Assembly (NCBI GenBank): GCA_005191425.1
Contig: SUPR01000007.1
Coordinates: forward strand, 1-32,000
DNA from: Candidatus Helarchaeota ASGARD archaeon Hel_GB_B
GTDB taxonomy: Archaea > Asgardarchaeota > Lokiarchaeia > Helarchaeales > HEL-GB-B
Reading direction: 5' to 3'
DNA: 32,000 nt
Made by a program: the position numbers and the translations under genes. Within the stretch, counting starts at the first letter, position 1. Every line of letters begins with the position of its first letter. The notes under the pieces are model-generated. The model was not told where the DNA came from, searched no databases, and was given only the letters and a program-made list of their open reading frames with translations. Positions 9,789 to 19,222 of the stretch are shown here, one piece after another.

Positions 9789-10223
9789 AACCTTTTTTAA
9801 TCAATCTGATCTTTTTCTTTTTAATCAATGTTTTTTCTAACAATATTTTTATCTATAGATTTTCATTTACTTCTATTAAATGGCTCATGTTTTTATGTTT
9901 TAAATAATATCGTCCATCTCTAAAAATAATCTTTTATTTTTTAGCAATATATGTGGAAATTCGGTATAATATTAATATGTTTAATAATTTCTTTATAATT
10001 GGAAATGGTCATTTTAATGCGTCATAGATAGTTTTAATCCTAATTTATGGATTATTGTTTAATTAGAATTTAATTTTAAATATTTTTTTTAAAAAAACAT
10101 TATTTTAAAAAAAGATTTAATTCCATTAAATATCTAGATTCAGATAAAATGGATTAAATTTAATCTATATTAAAATAAAAAGATTTTTTTATTATTTAAA
10201 ACTTTAATATTCTTTAAGTAATA

Positions 10224-11516
10224 GTGGTGATTTGTATGAAAATAGATATTTCCCAAGAAGATTCAGAATATATGTATAATTTTATCGAAAGAATTATCGA
10301 TGACATAGGACCGCGAATGCCTGGCAGTACTAGTGAAGCTAAAGCAGCTAATATGATAAAAAAGGAGTTTGAGCAAGTATGTGATGAAGTTTCAATAGAA
10401 ACATTTAAATTTCATCCAAGGGCTTTTTTGGGCTGGCTAAAAATTGTTGTTATTTTAGTATTTATATCGCTTATTTCGTTCTTTTCTATTCCATTGTTCC
10501 AAGGAAATGCTTATTATTACGTTATATCGATTATATTAAGTTCAATCTCCGTAGGGATCAATATAATAGTATTTTTAATAGTCTGGAACGAGTTTTTTAA
10601 TTATAGAGAATATATTGATAGATTTTTTAAAGAAAAAGAGTCGGAGAATGTAATTGGAAAAATTAAAACAAAAGATGAATTAAAAAAAATTATTTTATTT
10701 GCGGGGCACCATGACAGCGCTTTACAATTTAACCTGTTAAGGTATCTAAAATATGGATATGTAATATTGCTTTTTATTGCATTAATCGTTTTGTTTTTAT
10801 GGATTGGATTATCGATTGTACAATTAATATTGTCCTTTTTTGGATTTCAAACAGTATTTCATAGATTTATGTTCTGGACTACTATTATAGCAATACCTTC
10901 ATTAGTGGGGTGCTATTTTTTTATATCTCCAGGAAAGATGGCTAATAAAGTTCCTGGGGCTGTTGATAACCTTTCTGCTGTTGCTACAGTTATCGGTTTA
11001 GGTAGGTACCTTAAAAAACACCCTGAAATTATTCCAAAAAATACGGAAATCCGGCTTGTATCATTTGGTAGTGAAGAAGCTGGTTTAAGGGGGGCATATC
11101 GATATGTTGCAAGACATCTTATAGAATTAAAGAAATATGACGCTGAACTTGTAAATATGGACGGTATAATGAGCAACTCTGCCATTCAAATATTCGAATA
11201 TGAGCCTACAACTAGAACTCGACACTCTAAGGAAGTTGTTCAAAAAATTCTTAAAGCAGCTGAATTAGTAGAGGCCCCAATCAAAAATTTCGGCGCTGGT
11301 ACACTTGAAAAAATTGTTGGTCAAATAAGCGGAGGTACTGATGCTGCAGCCTTCTCAAAAGCAAAAATTAAAGCTGCTAATATTAGTTCGATGGAATTTA
11401 CTAAATTCGTAAAATTTTATCATCAACCTTCTGACACAATTGACATGATACAAAAGGGTTCGTTAGAAAAAATATTGTCTATCCTTATTGGCTATTTGAT
11501 TAATGAATCAAAATAG
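10224..11516 (+). CDS. Membrane-embedded M28 family metallopeptidase
   Basis: Zn/catalytic motifs GHHDS, GAVDNLSA, GSEEAGL, NMDG, GGTDA and YHQPSD, with two pairs of hydrophobic helices. GGTGA at 10226-10230 favours an ATG start at 10236. Confidence 0.87.
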   Translation: MVICMKIDISQEDSEYMYNFIERIIDDIGPRMPGSTSEAKAANMIKKEFEQVCDEVSIETFKFHPRAFLGWLKIVVILVFISLISFFSIPLFQGNAYYYVISIILSSISVGINIIVFLIVWNEFFNYREYIDRFFKEKESENVIGKIKTKDELKKIILFAGHHDSALQFNLLRYLKYGYVILLFIALIVLFLWIGLSIVQLILSFFGFQTVFHRFMFWTTIIAIPSLVGCYFFISPGKMANKVPGAVDNLSAVATVIGLGRYLKKHPEIIPKNTEIRLVSFGSEEAGLRGAYRYVARHLIELKKYDAELVNMDGIMSNSAIQIFEYEPTTRTRHSKEVVQKILKAAELVEAPIKNFGAGTLEKIVGQISGGTDAAAFSKAKIKAANISSMEFTKFVKFYHQPSDTIDMIQKGSLEKILSILIGYLINESK

Positions 11517-11808
11517 AATTTAGATACTAATTCAAAAATCTTTTTACTTCTTTATTTTTTATTCATTTTTATTGTAATATCCCTAAATATAATTTCTAAA
11601 TAATATGGTCTATGGTTTATAAAGAGTAGAACTCACTAACTTTAAAAAATCAAATTAATTTCTTTATTGTATTAGTCTATAATATCTAAAATTGATTGGT
11701 ATCGTATAGATTTAATTTTTAAAGTAAATATCTTGTTTTTTTTAGATTTTTATCTAAGGAGTTTAAATATTTTATTGCTCATAAAATACAAAAGAATCAG
11801 GCTTGGAT

Positions 11809-12192
11809 ATGTTTAACATTAATAAAATACAATCAATTATTAAAGATATGGTAATCGCCCAGCCAATAATTGATGGTATTGCATTAATGAGTAAAGATGG
11901 GCTTATTATACAATCTGCTTTAGAATATGCGAATGAAGACCTAATTGCAGCAGCTGGAGCAATTTTATATCATTTAGAAGTTAATTCCACCCAAGCATTA
12001 AAAAAAGGAAAAATGTAAATCATGTTTCTTAAAGGGAAAGATGGTTATTTAGTAGTTTCTGAAATTAATGATGAAATAGTATTGTTAATATCAACCAATT
12101 ACTCAAATATTCAAATAGGAACATTAATGTTCGAAGTAAAAGAAACGAATGAAAAATTAAAGAGTGTTTTAAAATACAAGATGGGGTTGTGA
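11809..12192 (+). pseudogene. Roadblock/LC7 (MglB-like) domain gene interrupted by an in-frame TAA at 12016-12018
   Basis: IDGIALMSKDGLIIQS...EDLIAAAGA...LKKGKM*IMFLKGKDGYLVVSEINDEIVLLI...IGTLMFEVK reads in one frame through to TGA at 12190-12192. Confidence 0.78.
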
Positions 12193-12969
12193 AAAAAACG
12201 CATATCCTAATGCAACAGAAAGAATACCATAACTGATTATTGAAATAATATTACCAATAAAAAAGAAAATGTTAAACCAAACTAATCGCTTTTCCTTGAA
12301 TGAAAAATGATATTTATACTTTTTTAATATTAGAATCACAATAATGGATATAATATATATTATCAAAAAAGTTTTTGAGCACTGTCCTTCAGCTAATGCT
12401 ATCCCAAACCCAGCACCAATAAGAAAACCCCAAATAGGAATGGAATATCTATCTAATTTTATCATTTGTCCTTGATCTTTATAATATTCAAAAATCATAA
12501 TCATAATAAAAAATCCAAAAATTCCAGAATGAATTAAATGGTGACCAAGGATTTCGTCTAACCAATAAATCAATACATCTTTAGGGTCAGGACTAGTCGG
12601 TTGAGTTTTTATCTCATTAAAAAGATTAGCCGTAAAATGGATTCCAACTCCTAAAATAGTAATTCCAATTAACAATAATGTAATTAATTTAAGTAAATTT
12701 GCGTATTTTAATTCTTTTTCATTAGGCATACTATCTAAAGTAGAATAAATCAAATAAAAGAAGATGATTATTAATGGAGTATTGAAAATTAGTTCTATTA
12801 TAGAAGATAAACTAATTTGAGTTGAAAAAAATTGAGTATAGCCTAAGCCCTCAGATATCGGGACTAAAAACGTAATTTGAATATTGAACCGTCCAACAAC
12901 CATTAATAATAAACCATAAACTGCATAAAAAAGTATTATATATGTTGAATATTTACTACTTTTGTCCAT
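12169..12969 (-). CDS. Polytopic membrane protein of unknown function with an intramembrane His/Glu cluster
   Basis: 266 aa with about 7-8 hydrophobic segments. Motifs GVGIHFTAN and DEILGHHLIH. Confidence 0.7.
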   Translation of the reverse strand: MDKSSKYSTYIILFYAVYGLLLMVVGRFNIQITFLVPISEGLGYTQFFSTQISLSSIIELIFNTPLIIIFFYLIYSTLDSMPNEKELKYANLLKLITLLLIGITILGVGIHFTANLFNEIKTQPTSPDPKDVLIYWLDEILGHHLIHSGIFGFFIMIMIFEYYKDQGQMIKLDRYSIPIWGFLIGAGFGIALAEGQCSKTFLIIYIISIIVILILKKYKYHFSFKEKRLVWFNIFFFIGNIISIISYGILSVALGYAFFSQPHLVF

Positions 12970-13175
12970 TTTAATTATAACCTTTGAATTCTAAAAATTA
13001 TAAATTAATTGAATAACATTTTACTTATAATTTATAATTTTTCGTTATTGAAACTATTTATTTGAGATTTGTTTGAACAATATATATTTCATAAAACAAA
13101 TAGAATTTAGACATTTTTTAAAAAATCAAATAAACTATAGAGGTTATTCAAATGAAATTGGTCGTTTAAATGCTT

Positions 13176-13787
13176 TTATTTTGTTAGTTTAATAAAATTT
13201 TTAAGTAAATTTAATCCGGCAGAACTAGATTTCTCGGGATGAAATTGGACAAGATAGAGGTTATTTTTTTGAATGATTGATGGAAAATCGATGACATAAT
13301 TTGTAGTTGCGACAATATAATTTTCATTTTTTGGGACTCCAAAATAAGAATGAACAAAATAGAAATATGTATTTTCAGGTATTCCTTCAATAATTGGGGA
13401 TTCTCCATCTTTAATATTTATGGTGTTCCATCCCATATGTGGGACTGGTTCTGGGATATCTGGAAATCTAACAACTTCACCTTCAATAAAATTAAGTCCA
13501 TTAAATTCGCCTCCCTCATAACTTTTTGTAAAAAAAATCTGTAGGCCCAAGCATATCCCTAAAATAGGGCGGCCTGAACTTATGAAATCTTCAATAGCGG
13601 ACTTAAATGGTAAAATATTTTTTATAGCTATTTTGAAAGCCCCTACGCCTGGAATTACAAGTCCATCATAGTCAAATTTATTTGTTGGTTCTTCAATTAT
13701 ATCTACTTCAGCATTGGCTCTTTGTAATCCTCTTTTGATACTAAATAGATTACCCATTTTATAATCAATAATACAAATTTTAGTCAT
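13176..13787 (-). CDS. hisH: Imidazole glycerol phosphate synthase glutaminase subunit
   Basis: PGVGAF, LGICLGLQ, VPHMGWN, FYFVHSY and QFHPEKS. Confidence 0.96.
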   Translation of the reverse strand: MTKICIIDYKMGNLFSIKRGLQRANAEVDIIEEPTNKFDYDGLVIPGVGAFKIAIKNILPFKSAIEDFISSGRPILGICLGLQIFFTKSYEGGEFNGLNFIEGEVVRFPDIPEPVPHMGWNTINIKDGESPIIEGIPENTYFYFVHSYFGVPKNENYIVATTNYVIDFPSIIQKNNLYLVQFHPEKSSSAGLNLLKNFIKLTK

Positions 13788-13793
13788 AAGTTT

Positions 13794-13798
13794 ACCTC
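13794..13798 (-). promoter_or_regulatory. Shine-Dalgarno-like GAGGT upstream of hisH
   Basis: GAGGT lies 6 nt upstream of the hisH ATG. Confidence 0.5.
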
Positions 13799-13814
13799 AA
13801 ATTAAGTTCATGAT

Positions 13815-14393
13815 TTAAATTATGCCTTTTGTTGAAGGTACTTTATCTGAAATTCGTGGATCAATTTTTATCGCATTTCTTAAGCTAACAGCAAGTGCTT
13901 TATATATTGCTTCAATTTTATGATGGTCATCATTACCATGAAGTATAACTAGATGGAGATTTATCCCGGCATTTGAAGCAAAAGATTCAAAAAAGTGCTC
14001 TATCAAACTTACTGGCAAATCTTCAACTATATTATGCTCGCATTTTAATTCATGAATGCAATAACCTCTTCCACCAAGGTCGATAGCTACTTGGGCCAAT
14101 GATTCGTCCATTGGTATTAAGGCACTTCCAAACCGTATAATCCCTTTTTTATCGCCAAGTGCATTTTTTAAAGCTATACCAAAAGCAATCCCAACATCCT
14201 CAACTAAATGATGTTCTAAATCGCCATATGCCTTTAAATTTATATCAATTAATGAATGTTTGGATAAAGTGGTAAGCATATGTGTTAAAAATTTGTTATC
14301 AACTTTTATATCTGCTTTACCAATACCATCTAAATTTAATTCGACCACAATTTGGGTTTCTGAAGTATTTCTTTCAATTTTTGCAATTCTCAA
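13815..14393 (-). CDS. hisB: Imidazoleglycerol-phosphate dehydratase
   Basis: RNTSETQI, HHLVEDVGI, PMDESL and NDHHKIEAIYKA...PSTKG. TTG start. Confidence 0.96.
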   Translation of the reverse strand: MRIAKIERNTSETQIVVELNLDGIGKADIKVDNKFLTHMLTTLSKHSLIDINLKAYGDLEHHLVEDVGIAFGIALKNALGDKKGIIRFGSALIPMDESLAQVAIDLGGRGYCIHELKCEHNIVEDLPVSLIEHFFESFASNAGINLHLVILHGNDDHHKIEAIYKALAVSLRNAIKIDPRISDKVPSTKGII

Positions 14394-14412
14394 TTAAACC
14401 ACAATATTTAAT

Positions 14413-15540
14413 TTATTGGAACAATTCTCCTAATAATTTCAAAATATATTGATTAGTCGAGTGGGTACTTACAGTTATTCTAAAACAATTATTTAAAAGA
14501 GGTAAATTACTTCTATCTCTAATTAAAATGTTTTGTGTTAAGAATTTATCTATTACATCTTTAATTTTAATTCGTTCATTATTCAGTCTAAGTAATATAA
14601 AATTTGTCTCTGAAGGATAGATATGCAGATCATCAAATTTGGAAAGTTCATTAATGAGCCAATCGCGTTCTGATTTGATTTCCTGAATTTTTGAGGCGAT
14701 ATAATTATAATTTTTATATAATTCTATAAGAAGAGCTTGTGCTACAGCATTAAAATTGTAAACTTTACGGATTGACCTTAAATATAAAATTATATCTGGG
14801 TCTCCAATAGCATATCCTGCTCTGATTCCTGCTAGACCCCAAGATTTACTGTAGGATTTTAAAATAATCAAATTATCGAATTTTTTTAACAAATCTGTAT
14901 CTTTATTAATTGAATAACTTGCAAAATCAACATATGCTTCGTCAATTACGAGAATTTTATCTGTATTTTCCAAAATTTCGGTAATTTCCTCAATTGAAAA
15001 CTGGTTTGCAGTCGGGTTATTTGGAGAACATATGAAAATAATTTTTGTATTTGGTTTAACATTTGCTATAATCTTTTCCGTGTCCAATTTAAAGTTTGGT
15101 TTAAGAAGAACAGGGGTATATGATGCTCCCATCATACTTGCAGAATATTTATACATACTAAAAGTCGGTTCGACTACAATTATGTCACTTTTATGGTCAA
15201 GGAACATTCGGATTATACAATCGATAAGATCGTCTGTACCATTTCCCATTATAATATTTTCAATCTTAATTTTCTCATTTTCTGCAATAATTTTTCTTAA
15301 TTCATAGGACTGTGGATCTGGATATCTTGTGATATCGATGTCTTTTATAGATTCTATTAATTTTGTTCTTAGCCAATTTGGTTCTATAAAATCATTTTCA
15401 TTTGCATCGACTTTTATAATAGAATTAGGTGAAATACCTCGCTGTTCAGCAAATATCGGGATAGAAATTTCGCCCACATATGGCTCGAAATCCTTTAAAT
15501 ATATACTTAATAAATTTGAATATTTTTTTTTAATGGTCAT
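14413..15540 (-). CDS. hisC: Histidinol-phosphate aminotransferase
   Basis: DANEN, RYPDP, GNGTDDLI, CSPNNPT, DEAYVDF and the PLP lysine motif SYSKSWGLAGIRAGY. ATGA overlap with hisD. Confidence 0.94.
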   Translation of the reverse strand: MTIKKKYSNLLSIYLKDFEPYVGEISIPIFAEQRGISPNSIIKVDANENDFIEPNWLRTKLIESIKDIDITRYPDPQSYELRKIIAENEKIKIENIIMGNGTDDLIDCIIRMFLDHKSDIIVVEPTFSMYKYSASMMGASYTPVLLKPNFKLDTEKIIANVKPNTKIIFICSPNNPTANQFSIEEITEILENTDKILVIDEAYVDFASYSINKDTDLLKKFDNLIILKSYSKSWGLAGIRAGYAIGDPDIILYLRSIRKVYNFNAVAQALLIELYKNYNYIASKIQEIKSERDWLINELSKFDDLHIYPSETNFILLRLNNERIKIKDVIDKFLTQNILIRDRSNLPLLNNCFRITVSTHSTNQYILKLLGELFQ

Positions 15541-16829
15541 TCTGTTAACCTTCCATTTATTGCTTTTTTATGGGCATCAAACCCTTCAATTTCAGCTATT
15601 GGACTAATAATGTCCTTAAGATTATTAATTCCTTCCTTAGAACATTCTACAATTTGAATTCGTTTTATAAAGTCATAAGTAGAAAGTCCTGAATAAATTT
15701 TTGCCAGTCCACCAGTTGGTAATACATGATTCGTCCCTGCTGCATAATCTCCAACTGGTACTGGTGAATACTCGCCTAAAAAAACAGTGCCTGCATTCTG
15801 TACCATAGGCAAATATTTATCTGGGTCTTTAAGGTGTATTTCTAAATGTTCTGGTGCAATTTGATTACTTATTCTAAACATTTGTTCAACATTTTTAACA
15901 TAAATTAGATAACAATTTTTATCTAAAGATTTCTTAATAATATCCTTTCTTTTATATGAATCTAAATTAGTAGTAATATTCTGATTTACATTTTGAATAA
16001 GTTCCATTGAATTTGAAACTAAAAAAGTAAATGCATTTTTGTCATGTTCAGCTTGTGATAATAAATCGTCTGAGATATATTTAGGATTTGAATTTTCATC
16101 GGCAATAACAAGTATTTCACTTGGCCCAGCAGGTAAATCAATGGCCACATCTTGGTTAACCAAGATTTTAGCTATATTAACATAAACATTACCTGGCCCT
16201 ACAATTTTGTTCACCTTATTAATTGATTTTGTTCCGTATGCCATAGCTGCAATAGCTTGAGCACCCCCAATCTTGAATATATCTTTTATACCACATTCAT
16301 TTGCTGCCACAAGAATTGCTGGATGTATCTCTTTGTTTTTATTTGGTGGTGTAGTAATAATTATCTGTTTAACCCCTGCAACTTTTGCGGGTATCGCTGT
16401 CATTAAAACTGTAGACGGATATGGCGCACTTCCACCAGGAATATAGATCCCAACTCGTTCAAATGGTACTATAATCTGGCCAACTTTTACTCCTTTAGAT
16501 GTTTCAATGAAATTAAAATTTTGGACATGTGCTCTATGAAATTTTTCGATATTAATTTTAGCCAGTCTGATTGCTTGAATTATATTTGAATTAATTTTAG
16601 AATATGCTTCTTTAATTTCCGTTTCTTTTATTTTTAATTCATTTGGTTCTAATATTACATTATCAAATTTTCTTGTATATCTTAGACAAGCACTATCTCC
16701 GTCATTCTTAACTTCGTCCAAAATTTTCTTTACTATGTCTTGAAGGTTTCCATAAAAGGTTTTTCCCCTATTTGAAATTGATTCTAAAAATTTTTCGATT
16801 TCGTCATCATTTCTTAAAATTTTCACCAT
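15537..16829 (-). CDS. hisD: Histidinol dehydrogenase
   Basis: GIYIPGG..PYPSTVLM, GGAQAIAAMAYGT, GPGNVYV, PAGPSE, QAEHD, APEHL and GDYAAGTNHVLPT. Confidence 0.97.
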   Translation of the reverse strand: MVKILRNDDEIEKFLESISNRGKTFYGNLQDIVKKILDEVKNDGDSACLRYTRKFDNVILEPNELKIKETEIKEAYSKINSNIIQAIRLAKINIEKFHRAHVQNFNFIETSKGVKVGQIIVPFERVGIYIPGGSAPYPSTVLMTAIPAKVAGVKQIIITTPPNKNKEIHPAILVAANECGIKDIFKIGGAQAIAAMAYGTKSINKVNKIVGPGNVYVNIAKILVNQDVAIDLPAGPSEILVIADENSNPKYISDDLLSQAEHDKNAFTFLVSNSMELIQNVNQNITTNLDSYKRKDIIKKSLDKNCYLIYVKNVEQMFRISNQIAPEHLEIHLKDPDKYLPMVQNAGTVFLGEYSPVPVGDYAAGTNHVLPTGGLAKIYSGLSTYDFIKRIQIVECSKEGINNLKDIISPIAEIEGFDAHKKAINGRLTE

Positions 16830-16832
16830 TTT

Positions 16833-17825
16833 TTAATCCCAACTTTCTTCCAATTCCGCAAATGAGGGTAAGATCTGACGTGGCTCATGGACAACAATTC
16901 CTTCGGCATATTTCCTTAATATTGGGAGCAATTCTATAAATTTGTCTTTTTGAATAATCGTATTAATAGCGCTCCAACCTTCTACACCAATTAAAGGCGC
17001 TATAGTTGGCTTTTTTAGAGCAGGTAACTTTTCAAGTAATTTTTTAATGTTCTGGTTTTTTATGTTTAAAAATATATGTAGTTTTTTACGTGCTTCGACT
17101 ACACCTTTTAATAATAGTGCAATATCTTTAATTTTTTCACGCTTCCATTCATCCTTCCATGAATCTAAGTTTGCAATTAATACGGCTGTAGACTCATTGA
17201 TTTTATCTATTATTTTTAGTTTATTTGCTTTAATTGTTGTACCTGTTTGCGTATTGTCAAAAATTGCTTCAGCATCTTCAGGTGGCTTGGCTTCTGTCGC
17301 ACCAAACGATAATATAATTTTAACTTTATCATTTTGTCCGATATTCCACCACGGCGTGATTATTTTTGGCTCTTTTTTACCAAATCTCTTTAAATACGTT
17401 TCATTGCTCATAATATACTGTTTACAACTAGCTAAATATTCGGTAAAGATCCGTACCTCTTTATTTTCATCTAAAAACTTATTTAATAAATCTGAAAGTG
17501 AATTTATATCATCCCATTCATCTGGCACTGCTAATACTAGCGTAATTCTACCATATTCTAAGTCCAATAGTTTCTTAACTTTTGCATTCGTTTCAATTAT
17601 CCAATCATTTCCAGTAATAGCAAGGTCATGAGCTTGTTGACTTATCATTAAAGGAATTTCCTGAGGTCTTAATATTTTAATTTCAATCTCCGGATCATTA
17701 CATCTTGGCCTATATGATCTTTTTCCATTTGAAATTATATACCCTGCCTTTTTTAATAGAGCCATCGTATCTTCCTGTAAAGAACCTTTAGGGATGGCAA
17801 ATTTTATTTTTCTTTCTACTGTCAT
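16833..17825 (-). CDS. hisG: ATP phosphoribosyltransferase, long form
   Basis: IPKGSLQ, LRPQEIP, DLAITGND, SFGATE, DNTQTGTT and a C-terminal regulatory domain. Confidence 0.95.
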   Translation of the reverse strand: MTVERKIKFAIPKGSLQEDTMALLKKAGYIISNGKRSYRPRCNDPEIEIKILRPQEIPLMISQQAHDLAITGNDWIIETNAKVKKLLDLEYGRITLVLAVPDEWDDINSLSDLLNKFLDENKEVRIFTEYLASCKQYIMSNETYLKRFGKKEPKIITPWWNIGQNDKVKIILSFGATEAKPPEDAEAIFDNTQTGTTIKANKLKIIDKINESTAVLIANLDSWKDEWKREKIKDIALLLKGVVEARKKLHIFLNIKNQNIKKLLEKLPALKKPTIAPLIGVEGWSAINTIIQKDKFIELLPILRKYAEGIVVHEPRQILPSFAELEESWD

Positions 17826-18052
17826 TTACATTCACAACTCTTTTAATGAAAAATATATTAACTTTAAAAAATATTCGAAAATTGATGAAATCATCTGAAT
17901 TTTTTCATTCACAAATAGCATTTTTAATAAGATGAAGTAAATACCTTCTCAATGATTTCACCATTAAAATTGTAATTAAAAACACACGTGATAATATTTA
18001 AAATTTTCTGATTTATAGAAAACAATGAAAAAATAACAATTTTTATAATTTA

Positions 18053-19195
18053 TTATTTTAATTTCGACCTAATAGCTTCTGCTTGTTCATTATATGTAAT
18101 TGCATCTTTAATATTCTCTAAATAATAAGAGAGTTTTGCAGCTTTTCTTAAATTATTATAAACATTTTGGTATTCTTTATTTTTCCAGAATTTCTTAATC
18201 TGATTAACAGTTGTATTTAACATATCCTCTACTTTTTTACGGTACTGTGGATTTGCTTTTATTGAGTCTATAATATTTTCATATTTTAATCCAGTCTGTA
18301 AAATCATCTCAGATTGTTTTGTATATAATTCAACAGCCTTTTTATCGTTTAATTTTTTGGAAATATCTATAACTTCTTCTAGTTCAGCGATTGCATCCAA
18401 AAACTCAAAATTATTCAATAAAGATTGAATTTTATCTACCATTTCTTTTCTGGCTATTAATAATACTCTTTTTTCTTCTTCAGATAAAATTTTTTTCTCT
18501 TTTTCCGGTTCAATTTTAGTCTCTATGGTATTTTCATTTAATAAAAGATTAGCAGGAATTTTAATGGAATCAATTGAAGTTTTATCTTGTACAGGTTTTT
18601 CTATAGTTATAGATTGTTTTTCAGTATTTTTTTGGAGAGTATTATCAACCTTAATATCTGGTTTTAAATTGTTATCCTTTATTTGCCCATTAGGTTGCTT
18701 TGGTACATTAACTTCTTTTTCCAATGACTCAATATCTGGGCCCATTCTATCAATATTTAAGTCTTTTGCTATTTTCTTACTCAATTTTTCATGCTCTTCA
18801 TACAATTTTGATTTATTATCACTTTTTTCTGAATCTACTGATATTTCTGATGTATTTACAAGTGGTGGATTACTAAAAATAAAATTTGGCTCTCTTTTAT
18901 AAACAATTATTACTCCTTTTTGAAATAATGAAATCAAATATTTTCTGGGTTCCTCTTTTAGTTTATATTTACTGGCTATTCTTTTTATTATTTCGTCCAA
19001 ATAAAAGAAATCTACTTTTTGCTTTTTGAAAATTTTCCGTGCCTCTGAAATAATTATTTTCTCTCTATTTTCTAATTCTAATGTTTTTATTATATTTTCA
19101 TTTATTAAAGTAAGTTTATTTGTTTTCAAGGTATCATAAATTTGTTGAGAAATATAATTATCCAGAGATGAATCAATATCCGAATTTTTATTCAT
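18053..19195 (-). CDS. Hypothetical protein: N-terminal wH-like region, low-complexity linker, two C-terminal 3-helix (MIT/TPR-like) repeats
   Basis: 380 aa, with AGAGGA upstream of the ATG and 27 bp from the upstream gene's stop. The domain call is made by pattern only. Confidence 0.6.
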   Translation of the reverse strand: MNKNSDIDSSLDNYISQQIYDTLKTNKLTLINENIIKTLELENREKIIISEARKIFKKQKVDFFYLDEIIKRIASKYKLKEEPRKYLISLFQKGVIIVYKREPNFIFSNPPLVNTSEISVDSEKSDNKSKLYEEHEKLSKKIAKDLNIDRMGPDIESLEKEVNVPKQPNGQIKDNNLKPDIKVDNTLQKNTEKQSITIEKPVQDKTSIDSIKIPANLLLNENTIETKIEPEKEKKILSEEEKRVLLIARKEMVDKIQSLLNNFEFLDAIAELEEVIDISKKLNDKKAVELYTKQSEMILQTGLKYENIIDSIKANPQYRKKVEDMLNTTVNQIKKFWKNKEYQNVYNNLRKAAKLSYYLENIKDAITYNEQAEAIRSKLK

Positions 19196-19222
19196 ATCAA
19201 TTCCTCTGAGAATATTTTCTAG

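Noticed and set aside
9789-10223. Possible minus-strand pseudogene in the GH172-M28 spacer
   Set aside because: A K/I/L-rich frame with several stops and no recognisable motif, indistinguishable from AT-rich intergenic DNA.
12016-12018. Stop-codon recoding (Sec/Pyl or alternative code) in the roadblock gene
   Set aside because: The codon is TAA, not TGA or TAG, and many neighbouring genes end normally in TAA.
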